DNA of 64,000 nt, from NCBI GenBank assembly GCA_964622545.1, contig CAZUQM010000015.1:71997-135996 (forward strand), read 5' to 3'. Within the stretch, counting starts at the first letter, position 1. Every line of letters starts with the position of its first letter. Shown here one piece after another: positions 38,440 to 46,183 of this stretch. Under the pieces are notes generated by a model. It saw nothing but the letters and a program-made list of their open reading frames with translations. It was not told the origin of the DNA and did not search any database. This stretch comes from an uncultured Planctomycetales bacterium (GTDB lineage: Bacteria; Planctomycetota; Phycisphaerae; UBA1845; JAFGLZ01). The translations under genes were made by a program, and so were the position numbers.

Positions 38440-39006
38440 TCAGATCTCCTCCAGCTCCTTGGTCTTGGCGTCGACCAGCTCGTCGATCTGCTTCTCGTAC
38501 TTGTCGGTGAGCTCCTGCACGTTGGCCCGGCAGCGCTCGGCATCGTCCTCGGTCAGTGTGCTGTCCTTCTTCTCGGCGTCGATCTGCTTGTTGGCGTCGC
38601 GCCGGGCGTTGCGGACCGCAACACGTTGGCTCTCGGCCAGCTTTTTGATCTGCCCGACGAGCTGTTGCCGGCGCTCGCCGGACAGGGCGGGCACGGGCAG
38701 CCGGATGATCCGCCCGTCGCTCATCGGCGTGATGCCGATGTTGGCCGCCTCGATGCTGCGCTCGATGTCCTTCAGCGTGCTCGGGTCGAACGGCTTGACG
38801 ACGATCAGCGCCGGCTCCGGCGCGCTGATGGTGGCCAGCTCGCGGAGGTCCATCGTCGAGCCGTAGGCCGGCACGTCGATCTTCACATGCTCGACCAGGC
38901 TCGGGCTGGCCCGTCCGGTTCGAATGGTCCGAAGCTCCGTGCGGAAGTAATCGACCGCACGCTCCATCTTCTCTTCACACTCGAATTCGATGTCTTCCAT
39001 GGGCAT
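38440..39006 (-). CDS. frr: Ribosome recycling factor
   Basis: 188 aa. ...KMERAVDYFRTELRTIRTGRASPSLVEHVKIDVPAYGSTMDLRELATISAPEPALIVVKPFD...IRLPVPALSGERRQQLVGQIKKLAESQRVAVRNARRDANK... is a full-length RRF pattern. Confidence 0.93.
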   Translation of the reverse strand: MPMEDIEFECEEKMERAVDYFRTELRTIRTGRASPSLVEHVKIDVPAYGSTMDLRELATISAPEPALIVVKPFDPSTLKDIERSIEAANIGITPMSDGRIIRLPVPALSGERRQQLVGQIKKLAESQRVAVRNARRDANKQIDAEKKDSTLTEDDAERCRANVQELTDKYEKQIDELVDAKTKELEEI

Positions 39007-39104
39007 GATCGGGCACCCTTCTCGTTACCGCCAGGATCGGCGTATTCTAGAAGGCCCTCGCGGGATCAACAAGCCTTCACGCCCGAGCCGATCGACGTGC
39101 TTCG

Positions 39105-39132
39105 TTGACTTGCCCGACCTCGCCGTTATACT
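39105..39132 (+). promoter_or_regulatory. Sigma70-type promoter of tRNA-Arg
   Basis: TTGACT (39105-39110), 16-nt spacer, TATACT (39127-39132). It lies about 55 nt upstream of the mature tRNA 5' end. Confidence 0.45.
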
Positions 39133-39188
39133 GCATGGTTGGTCGGTGGGCGGGCGGATCGCCCCGTCAGGCCCATCCCGGCATCCGT

Positions 39189-39262
39189 GTCCCAGTAGCT
39201 CAATTGGATAGAGCGTTGGCCTCCGGAGCCAGAGGTTGCAGGTTCGAGTCCTGCCTGGGACG
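39189..39262 (+). tRNA. tRNA-Arg (anticodon CCG)
   Basis: 74 nt folded by hand. Acceptor gtcccag/ctgggac; D arm gctc-aattggata-gagc; anticodon arm ttggc-CTCCGGA-gccag (anticodon CCG); variable aggtt; T arm gcagg-ttcgagt-cctgc; discriminator g. No encoded CCA. Confidence 0.9.
39227..39262 (+). repeat. attL: 36-nt core (3' half of tRNA-Arg)
   Basis: agccagaggttgcaggttcgagtcctgcctgggacg is identical to 47467-47502. Confidence 0.85.
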
Positions 39263-39275
39263 GTTTTCCAAAGCC

Positions 39276-39655
39276 TTAGTCCTCAACATCTTTCGAATCC
39301 GGCTGCAAGGCCTGGCGACCCGGAAAAGCCCGGATTTGCCCCGAGTGGGTCACTTTTGGGTCAGTCAGGTCGCCGTATGGCACGTCTCCAAGCATCTCGC
39401 CCTGCGTCTTCCGCGCCTTCCGGAGGTCCGCGTCCCGGACGCTCAGGTAGTACCGCTGCGTGGTCTTGATGTCGCTGTGACCCGCCAACTGCTGAACGAC
39501 GTGGATGGGCAAGTGAAGGGCCCAGTTGGTGATGCACGCCCGCCTGAGATCGTGAAGGGTATAGGGGCCGACGCCGGCCCTTCGACACATCGTCTTGAAC
39601 CGACGAAGATGGTTGTTGGCCAGATCCTGATCCGACGCTCGGCTCACGGACTTGC
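39276..39655 (-). pseudogene. Tyrosine recombinase/phage integrase, C-terminal catalytic fragment only (5'-truncated)
   Basis: ...LRRFKTMCRRAGVGPYTLHDLRRACITNWALHLPIHVVQQLAGHSDIKTTQRYYLSVRD contains box II HxLRH-like, GHSD and the nucleophile Tyr region. The core-binding domain and box I Arg are missing. The upstream part of ORF 39276..39908 is Arg/Ser junk overlapping the A2M frame. Confidence 0.75.
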
Positions 39656-40672
39656 GAGTATCTGCTGCGACATGAGCCGCAGCGTATCGACGACGACTAC
39701 GTGCTGGCGTTGGTGTGCAATGCGCTGTTGGCGATCGATCCCGCCGGCCAGAGCGCACGACCCTACCTGGCCCGATTGACGGCGACCAAGAAGACCTCGC
39801 CGAACGGCAAGCTCGTTTGGTGGGAGCAGCCCTCGAACCGACGGACGACCTTCCACGGCTCGGGCCGAAGCGGCAACATCGAGACCACCGCGCTGGCCGC
39901 GCTGGCAATGATCAAGGCCGGTGGGAATCCCGGCACCACTCGCGGCGCCCTGTCGTGGCTCGTCACCCAGAAGGACCGCATGGGGGCATTCCATTCAACC
40001 CAAGCGACGGTGTTGGCCCTCAAGGCGCTCGTCGCCGGGACCGGCAACGTCATGGGCGAGCCCCGTGAGCGGCGGATCGAGATCGCCATGCCCGACGGGA
40101 CCAAACGCGATGTGACCATCCCCGCTGATCAAGCGGAGGTCATGAAGCAGATCGACCTCGGCGAGTATCTCAGTGCGGGCGAGAATCGCATCGTGATCAC
40201 GGAGCGGAGCGACACCGCCCCGGGCTACCAGCTCTCCTACGCCTATCACGTCCCGGAGGTTCCCGACGAAGGCCAATCCGAACCGCTGTCGATCTCGTTG
40301 GACTATGATCGAACCGAGCTGGATGTCGGCCAAACGGTTCGTGCGACTGCAACCATCGTCAGCCGAGCGTCCGCGGTCGCACCGATGGTGATTTTGGACC
40401 TTCCGATCCCGGCCGGGTTCCGCCCGACGGGTGCCGATTGGGCGAAGAAGGTGGCGTCGGGCCAGATCGCGAAATACCAGCTCACGCCCAGAAGCGTCAT
40501 CGTGTACCTGCGGCAGGTCGAACCGGGTCGGCCCCTGACCCTGCACTACCACCTGACGGCCACGATGCCCGTCAAGACACGAGTCGCACCGGCCCGGGCC
40601 TACGAGTACTACGATCCGGACACGCGAGGTGAGAGCACGCCCGCGCGGCTCGTCGTCCGACGTCGGATCTAG
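39656..40672 (+). pseudogene. Alpha-2-macroglobulin family protein, C-terminal fragment only (5'-truncated)
   Basis: GNIETTALAALAMIKAG...ALSWLVTQKDRMGAFHSTQATVLALKALV matches the GGF.STQDTVVAL.AL motif of the thioester domain. The following beta-sandwich (LSISLDYDRTELDVGQTVRATATI...MVILDLPIPAGFRP) resembles the A2M C-terminal domain. The MG domains and the thioester CxEQ are absent. Homology begins abruptly at about 39656. Confidence 0.7.
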
Positions 40673-40929
40673 GAAGTTGTTGGTCCCCCTGTTGCATAAG
40701 GCCGGAACCGGTAGGCTCCACGTCGCAAGGGGCCGAATCTCATGCGACGCTGGAGGGACAAGTATGCCGGAGCGGCCGCCGTGCAAGCACCGTGCGAATC
40801 CACTCACACAACCCCGCCGCGAGCAAACGCAGTGCCGACCGGAATTGGGGTGGTCCGGGGTTCTAGCCGCCTCGTACAATACACGAAATGGCTTAGCAAT
40901 CTCCGGTCGGCCTCGGTTCAGGGGAACTC

Positions 40930-41763
40930 ATGATCGGCAGCACCGCTCCCGAGATCGATTTCTTTATGGCTCGGCAGGCGCTGCGGCACTGCGAGCTTTG
41001 TGAGTTTCGGTGTGGCGTGGACCGGCAAGCGGGCGAGGGCGGCCGGTGCGGGTTAGGCCATCGGCCTCGTGTGATTCGGTCGTATATCAGCTATGCCGAG
41101 GAGGTCGAGCTTTCGCCCGCGCTGATGGTCTACCTGGGCGGCTGCAACCTTCGCTGCCGCTTCTGCACGCAGGCCCCGGATTGCCACGAGCCCGACCGCG
41201 GCGTGGATCTGAACGACCCGGATACGTTGTCGAGTATCGATGCGCTCTCGGCCGAAGCGGCGTGGATCAATTGGGTTGGTGGCGAGCCCAGCCTCCATCC
41301 GCACGGGTTGCTTGAGGCTCGTCGTGCCCTGTCCAGCTCGACACCGTGGCTCCTCAACACCAACGGCTATTTCACGCCGACATGCTTCGATCTGGTCGAC
41401 GGCCTGTTCGACCTGTACGTGGTGGACTTGAAGTTCGGCCGGAACCAGTGCGCCCGCGATCTGGCTGGCGCCGAGCGTTACGTGGAGGTTCTTCATCGCA
41501 ACCTTCGAGGGATCTACGAGACCGGCGAGCAGCGGTTGCTCGTCAGACACTTGTTGCTACCCGGCCACGAGCGATGCTGCTTCGAGCCCATCGTTGCGTG
41601 GGTGGCGGCGAACCTTCCCGGTGTTCGGTTTCACCTGATGGGAAGCTACGTACCGGGCCCGACGGCGCTTCGAGATGCTTCGCTCGGTTGTACGGTGCCA
41701 CGTGATGTCCTTGCACAGGCCGAGTCTCGTTGCCGCTCGTTCGGGTTGAATCTGGTGGAGTGA
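40930..41763 (+). CDS. PflX-like radical SAM protein (island operon gene 1)
   Basis: N-terminal Cys cluster CELCEFRCGVDRQAGEGGRCG. Radical SAM CX3CX2C in LGGCNLRCRFCTQ. INWVGGEPS, LNTNGY, VVDLKF and LVRHLLLPGH match the PflX / PFL-activase-like family. Confidence 0.7.
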   Translation: MIGSTAPEIDFFMARQALRHCELCEFRCGVDRQAGEGGRCGLGHRPRVIRSYISYAEEVELSPALMVYLGGCNLRCRFCTQAPDCHEPDRGVDLNDPDTLSSIDALSAEAAWINWVGGEPSLHPHGLLEARRALSSSTPWLLNTNGYFTPTCFDLVDGLFDLYVVDLKFGRNQCARDLAGAERYVEVLHRNLRGIYETGEQRLLVRHLLLPGHERCCFEPIVAWVAANLPGVRFHLMGSYVPGPTALRDASLGCTVPRDVLAQAESRCRSFGLNLVE

Positions 41764-41767
41764 CATC

Positions 41768-41977
41768 ATGCCGCGTTCGAAAGACTACGCACGGGCCAAG
41801 ATAGCTGCCGACGACGATGTAATCATCAGTATCGGGCCGGACGGACGGGTCTTCTTCCACGATCTGGATCCTGACCTGCTGGCGGTCGCTCTGGCGCTGG
41901 ATCCCTCAGATCGGCTGATGACCGAGCGGATGGACCGGGCCAAGCTGCATCACGAAGATCAGAAGGAGGTGCTTTGA
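41768..41977 (+). CDS. Small protein, 69 aa (island operon gene 2)
   Basis: [69 protein letters not shown]. It starts 4 nt after the radical SAM stop, and its stop overlaps the next start (TGATG). The [12 protein letters not shown] hairpin resembles IEIRPNGEVKV of gene 5. Confidence 0.55.
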   Translation: MPRSKDYARAKIAADDDVIISIGPDGRVFFHDLDPDLLAVALALDPSDRLMTERMDRAKLHHEDQKEVL

Positions 41978-43551
41978 TGGCACAGCGTGATGCGCTGAAG
42001 GAACTGGAGATTCTGATCCGGGCCAGGTACCCGATTCTTTACGTGATCACTTGGGAAGAGGATCGCATCGAGAAAGGTATTCGGACCATCGCCGAGAGGC
42101 GAAACAAGAACGTGCTCACCTGGTCGGTGACGACCGGGTTGCGGAAGAGCGGTGAGGGTGACGGCGAACAACCGGCCAAGTCAGGTAAGCCCGCCGATCC
42201 GCTTCAGGCGCTGGACACGGTGATTCAGCACAACGATCCGGCGATCTATGTTTTCAAGGATTTCCACTTCTTCATGAACACCCAGTTGACCTGCAACATC
42301 CCCTACGTGCGGAGACTTCGTGAGCTCGCCATCGCACTGAACAACAGCTATAAGACGCTCGTGATCACCGCGCCGGTGCTTCAGATGCCGCCGGAATTGG
42401 AAAAAGACATCACGGTGTTGGACTTCAGCTTGCCGGATGCGACCGAAATCGATCGGCTGCTGGATCGGATCACGAACCAGTTCAAGGACGACCCCCGTGT
42501 CACGATCGCCTTGGACGATAATGGGCGCGAGCAACTGGTCAAGGCGGCTCTCGGGCTGACCTACAAAGAGGCGGAAAACGTCTTCGCCAAGACGTTGGTC
42601 AACGACGGCCGGCTCGACGGGGACGGTGTCAGCGCGGTCTTCGCGGAAAAGCAGCAGATCATCCGCAAGAGCGGGCTGTTGGAATACTACGACGCGGTCG
42701 AGGATTTCAGCCACGTCGGCGGACTGGAGAACCTGCGCGAGTGGCTCGATAAACGCTCGAGGGCGTTCACGGATCGGGCGCGAGACTTCGGCCTGCCCGC
42801 GCCGAAGGGTGTTCTACTGGTTGGCGTGCAAGGCTGCGGCAAGAGCCTCTGTGCCAAGGCCGTCAGCCGCCTATGGAAGCTGCCTCTGCTGCGCTTCGAC
42901 ATGGGCCGGATGTTCGGCAGCCTGGTCGGCTCGAGCGAGCAGAACGTCCGTCGCGCGATTCAGGTGGCCGAGAGCGTGGCGCCGACCGTGCTCTGGGCCG
43001 ACGAGATCGACAAGGCCTTCTCGGGGTCGGAGGCCTCGGGAAGCACGGACGGCGGAACCACGGCCAGGGTGATGAGCACGTTTCTGACGTGGCTCAGCGA
43101 GAAGACTTCGCCCGTGTTCGTGGTGGCCACTGCCAACAACATTGCCAACCTGCCGCCGGAACTGCTCCGCAAGGGACGGCTGGACGAGATCTTCTTCGTG
43201 GACCTGCCGACCGAGGCGGAGCGCCGCGACATCTTTCGGATTCATATCGAGAGACGGCATCGCGATCCGACCCAGTTCGACTTGGAGGTGCTGGCCGATG
43301 CCTCGGCGGGCTTCAGCGGAGCCGAGATCGAGCAGGCCGTCACCAGCGCCCTCTATGATGTCTTCTATGCCGACGAGGAGTTGAGCACGGAGGCACTGGT
43401 GAAAGCGCTGAAAGAGACCGTGCCCCTGTCGCGAACGATGAGTGATCAGGTGGAAGCCATCCGGGCCTGGGCAGAAGGCCGCGCGCGAAACGCGTCGGTC
43501 AAGGCGTCGCTGGCTCCGGAGTACGACCGACGGAAGCTTGAGCTGGAATGA
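41977..43551 (+). CDS. Ycf46-like AAA+ ATPase (island operon gene 3)
   Basis: aggagg RBS 7 nt upstream of ATG 41977. The N-domain [24 protein letters not shown] recalls Ycf46. The C-terminal AAA module has [13 protein letters not shown] (Walker A), [11 protein letters not shown] (Walker B), VVATANN (sensor 1) and [14 protein letters not shown] (Arg finger region). Confidence 0.8.
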   Translation: MAQRDALKELEILIRARYPILYVITWEEDRIEKGIRTIAERRNKNVLTWSVTTGLRKSGEGDGEQPAKSGKPADPLQALDTVIQHNDPAIYVFKDFHFFMNTQLTCNIPYVRRLRELAIALNNSYKTLVITAPVLQMPPELEKDITVLDFSLPDATEIDRLLDRITNQFKDDPRVTIALDDNGREQLVKAALGLTYKEAENVFAKTLVNDGRLDGDGVSAVFAEKQQIIRKSGLLEYYDAVEDFSHVGGLENLREWLDKRSRAFTDRARDFGLPAPKGVLLVGVQGCGKSLCAKAVSRLWKLPLLRFDMGRMFGSLVGSSEQNVRRAIQVAESVAPTVLWADEIDKAFSGSEASGSTDGGTTARVMSTFLTWLSEKTSPVFVVATANNIANLPPELLRKGRLDEIFFVDLPTEAERRDIFRIHIERRHRDPTQFDLEVLADASAGFSGAEIEQAVTSALYDVFYADEELSTEALVKALKETVPLSRTMSDQVEAIRAWAEGRARNASVKASLAPEYDRRKLELE

Positions 43552-43573
43552 TCCAGCGCGAAAGGAGACCGTC

Positions 43574-44029
43574 ATGAGTGCCGTCTGCATCCTGACCCCC
43601 GTGGTGATTGGGTCCTGGCCCGTGATTCAAGCCGCCGTGGCCGGCGCGATGGTGGCCATGGGCTTCAGCATGGCCGGCACCACCGAAGACATCGAATCGA
43701 CACCGGGCACCACCAGCGTGGAAGAGGAGATCTCCAATAGCGAGGTCCTCGAAGAGCAGATGGCCGCGGGCGAACGGATCGTGGCGGAGAAGGACGGCGT
43801 TCGCGTCGAGTTCGGGCGCGATCACCGCGGTACGTGCACGATCTGCATGAGCGGCGAGGGTTACTCCAAAGAGGAGCTTCGCGAAATGGGGCGTCAGATC
43901 AGTGCCAAGGTCGTTCAGCAGTATGCTTACAACAAGGTGATCACCGAGCTGAAGGAGCGGGACTACACCGTGGCCGACGAGCAAGTCGCGGTTGACGGCA
44001 CGATCAAGCTGCACGTTCGACGGAGCTAG
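43574..44029 (+). CDS. DUF1257 (Ycf35-like) protein with an N-terminal hydrophobic extension (island operon gene 4)
   Basis: aaaggag RBS. The N-terminus MSAVCILTPVVIGSWPVIQAAVAGAMVAMGFSMAG is hydrophobic. The C-terminus ...VVQQYAYNKVITELKERDYTVADEQVAVDGTIKLHVRR resembles the Ycf35/DUF1257 end (QKYA.NK...E.K....V.E.....G.I.L.VRR). Confidence 0.6.
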   Translation: MSAVCILTPVVIGSWPVIQAAVAGAMVAMGFSMAGTTEDIESTPGTTSVEEEISNSEVLEEQMAAGERIVAEKDGVRVEFGRDHRGTCTICMSGEGYSKEELREMGRQISAKVVQQYAYNKVITELKERDYTVADEQVAVDGTIKLHVRRS

Positions 44030-44033
44030 CGTC

Positions 44034-44240
44034 ATGAAACAGCCCGAGTTCGAGATTGAGATCCGACCCAACGGCGAGGTCAAGGTGACCGTCAAGGGCG
44101 TCAGTGGTCAGGAGTGCCTCAACTACGCCGACATGCTCGCGGAGATCGTCGGCAAGGAGGAGTCGCGCGAGTTGACGAATGAATACTACGAGCAACAGGA
44201 CCAGGCCGTCCGGATCGATGCGAAGCAGCGTCGCAGGTGA
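44034..44240 (+). CDS. DUF2997-like small protein (island operon gene 5)
   Basis: MKQPEFEIEIRPNGEVKVTVKGVSGQECLNYADMLAEIVGKEESRELTNEYYEQ... matches my recollection of DUF2997 (I.I.I.PDG.V...V.G..G..C......LE..LG......T.EYY). It starts 4 nt after the upstream stop. Confidence 0.6.
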   Translation: MKQPEFEIEIRPNGEVKVTVKGVSGQECLNYADMLAEIVGKEESRELTNEYYEQQDQAVRIDAKQRRR

Positions 44241-44303
44241 TCAGACACGGATCTAGCCTTCGGTGCCCGTATCCCCTCGCGGACCTATGAGGCGGGCTGA
44301 GCG

Positions 44304-45356
44304 ATGCAGTGTCCGAGCTGCGGATTCCAGAACCTGCCCAACCTGGAGACTTGTGCGCGCTGTAACAGTCGACTGGCGCTGGACGACGTCAGCGTGCAAC
44401 CCTACCGGGCGCAAGACCGGGGTCGTCTGTGGCGGCGGTGGCGGCACGTGTACGAGCGCGACGTCCAAGTGGGCCGTCGCTTGCGGAGTCTGTGGACCAG
44501 GCTGAAGGCGGGTATCAACTATGAGCCTATCCGTCAGCTTGGCGGGGGCGTGCCCTGGTGGGTCCGCGCGGGTTGGGTGCTCGCCTCGGTGTTGCCTGGC
44601 CTGGGCCAGAGGCTCTCCGGCCGAGCGCAACTGGGCTGGTATCTTCTCGGCGGATACGCCCTCGCCCTCCTGGGGCTGATTCTCTTCCTGTCCCCGGTAT
44701 GGTGGTTGTTCCTGGCGATCCTCGTGGGGATACACGCCTTCGCGATTGTCGATTGCCTCTTCTACAAGGTCACGTATGTCTCTCGGTTGCTGGTAGGCGT
44801 GACGGGCGTCGTGGCATTCATCGCGCTGCTGTACGGTCCCTATGCCGGCGTCGGATGGCTCATCAACGGTGTCGTCCGATTGGAGTACATTGGCGGCAAT
44901 GTTGGCAACCTGAAGGGTGGGGACGTGTTGGCCTTCAAGGGGCGCTGGTTCTCCACGTCCGACGAGTATGGTCCCGGAGACGTCGTTTTGTATCATATTG
45001 ACCGGCAGGCGGGCCAGGGCTGGTATATCGCCGAAGGCATGCTGCTTGACCGGATCCTGGCGGGCCCGGGTGATCGTGTGAGCCAGGAAGAGGGGCAGTT
45101 GCTCGTTAACGGTCATCCACTACCGGACGATTACGGCCTGCCGTCCCGATTGCAGCTTCCCGAGCGTCTCAATCTGCTGCTGTCACCGAATACGTATTTT
45201 ATCTACCCAACCGTTCCGATTGATGAGCCACCGGGGCAACGAGGTTGGCTGAGGAACGCGAAGATCCGGTCCCGTTTGAGCTGCGTGCATCGCCAGGACA
45301 TCCGCGGGAATCCGTCGATCGTTGTCAGCCCTTTCTGGAGAATCGGCCGACTCTGA
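44304..45356 (+). CDS. Zinc-ribbon + multi-TM + signal-peptidase-I (S26)-fold protein lacking the Ser/Lys dyad (island operon gene 6)
   Basis: N-terminus MQCPSCGFQNLPNLETCARCNSRL, followed by four or five TM segments. The C-terminus GGDVLAFKG...GDVVLYH...LLDRILAGPGDRVSQEEGQLLVNGHPL has the S26 GDxV and R(V/I)xGxPGD...xNG boxes. There is no SMxPT nucleophile box, and D-R replaces K-R before the GPGD box. Confidence 0.55.
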   Translation: MQCPSCGFQNLPNLETCARCNSRLALDDVSVQPYRAQDRGRLWRRWRHVYERDVQVGRRLRSLWTRLKAGINYEPIRQLGGGVPWWVRAGWVLASVLPGLGQRLSGRAQLGWYLLGGYALALLGLILFLSPVWWLFLAILVGIHAFAIVDCLFYKVTYVSRLLVGVTGVVAFIALLYGPYAGVGWLINGVVRLEYIGGNVGNLKGGDVLAFKGRWFSTSDEYGPGDVVLYHIDRQAGQGWYIAEGMLLDRILAGPGDRVSQEEGQLLVNGHPLPDDYGLPSRLQLPERLNLLLSPNTYFIYPTVPIDEPPGQRGWLRNAKIRSRLSCVHRQDIRGNPSIVVSPFWRIGRL

Positions 45357-45365
45357 GGTCCGTCC

Positions 45366-46157
45366 ATGGGAAACCGCTTTGAGCATCTCGAGTTCGAGGA
45401 TCACACGCCGCGGTCGGGTCGGGTGGCCTCCCAGTTCGACCAGGAGGGCGAGCTGTCGGCTGCTCCGATGGATCAGCATGCCTACCATGGGCGTGCGCTG
45501 GAGGCCTTTCATCGCGGCGAGTTCGACAAGGCTCTGCGCTATTTCACACGGGTGCTCGAGCTGGATCGTGCGTACGTGCCTGCTTGGGTCGGACAGGTTC
45601 AGATGCTGATCGAGCTGGACGAGCTGCGCGAAGCGGACATGTGGGCGGACAAGGCGCTCGAGCTGTTCCGCAATCATGGCGATTTGCTTTCGGCCAAGGC
45701 TGTTGCGAATGCCCGACGTAGCGAGAAGCGCACTGCGGTGGGACTGAGCGATCTCGCGATGAAGGCTCAAGGTTCTGGCTCCTATCGCTGGCTCGCGCGC
45801 GGAGAGGTGCTGCTCGCGTGCGGCGCGTCTCACGCGGGCACGTGTTTCGAGCGCGCCAAGAATGAGCCCGATGCCGACTGGTTCACGGCTGTCTGGGCCG
45901 GACGCATCTTCCGGACATATGACGTCCACGCCCAAGCACTGATCTGGGCCCGTCAAGGCACCGAGCAAGCTCCGGACCAACCCTATGCGTGGTATACGCG
46001 GGGCCTGTGTGAACGGGATCTGGCCCTGGCGAGCTACCGTCAATCCATGGAGCGGGCGTTGCAGCTTGACGAGCATTTCGCCCCCGCCCGGTTCGCGCTA
46101 CAGGCGCGGCCGAAAGTGTCGTGGCTGAGGCGTTGGCTTCGGCGGATCCGTGGTTGA
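45366..46157 (+). CDS. TPR-repeat protein (island operon gene 7)
   Basis: AYHGRALEAFHRGEFDKALRYFTRVLELDRAYVPAWVGQVQMLIELDELREADMWADKALELF is a TPR-like helical hairpin region. Basic C-terminal tail WLRRWLRRIRG. Confidence 0.55.
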   Translation: MGNRFEHLEFEDHTPRSGRVASQFDQEGELSAAPMDQHAYHGRALEAFHRGEFDKALRYFTRVLELDRAYVPAWVGQVQMLIELDELREADMWADKALELFRNHGDLLSAKAVANARRSEKRTAVGLSDLAMKAQGSGSYRWLARGEVLLACGASHAGTCFERAKNEPDADWFTAVWAGRIFRTYDVHAQALIWARQGTEQAPDQPYAWYTRGLCERDLALASYRQSMERALQLDEHFAPARFALQARPKVSWLRRWLRRIRG

Positions 46158-46183
46158 AGCCCCCCGCGACGGACGGAGACGTT

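Noticed and set aside
39656-39908. N-terminal 85 codons of ORF 39276..39908
   Set aside because: There is no integrase similarity and the composition is Arg/Ser-rich. The segment overlaps the A2M-fragment frame, so it is an open frame by chance past the deletion junction.
40875-40880. TACAAT -10-like hexamer about 50 nt upstream of the island operon
   Set aside because: There is no acceptable -35 at 16-18 nt and no TG extension, so it is too weak to call a promoter.
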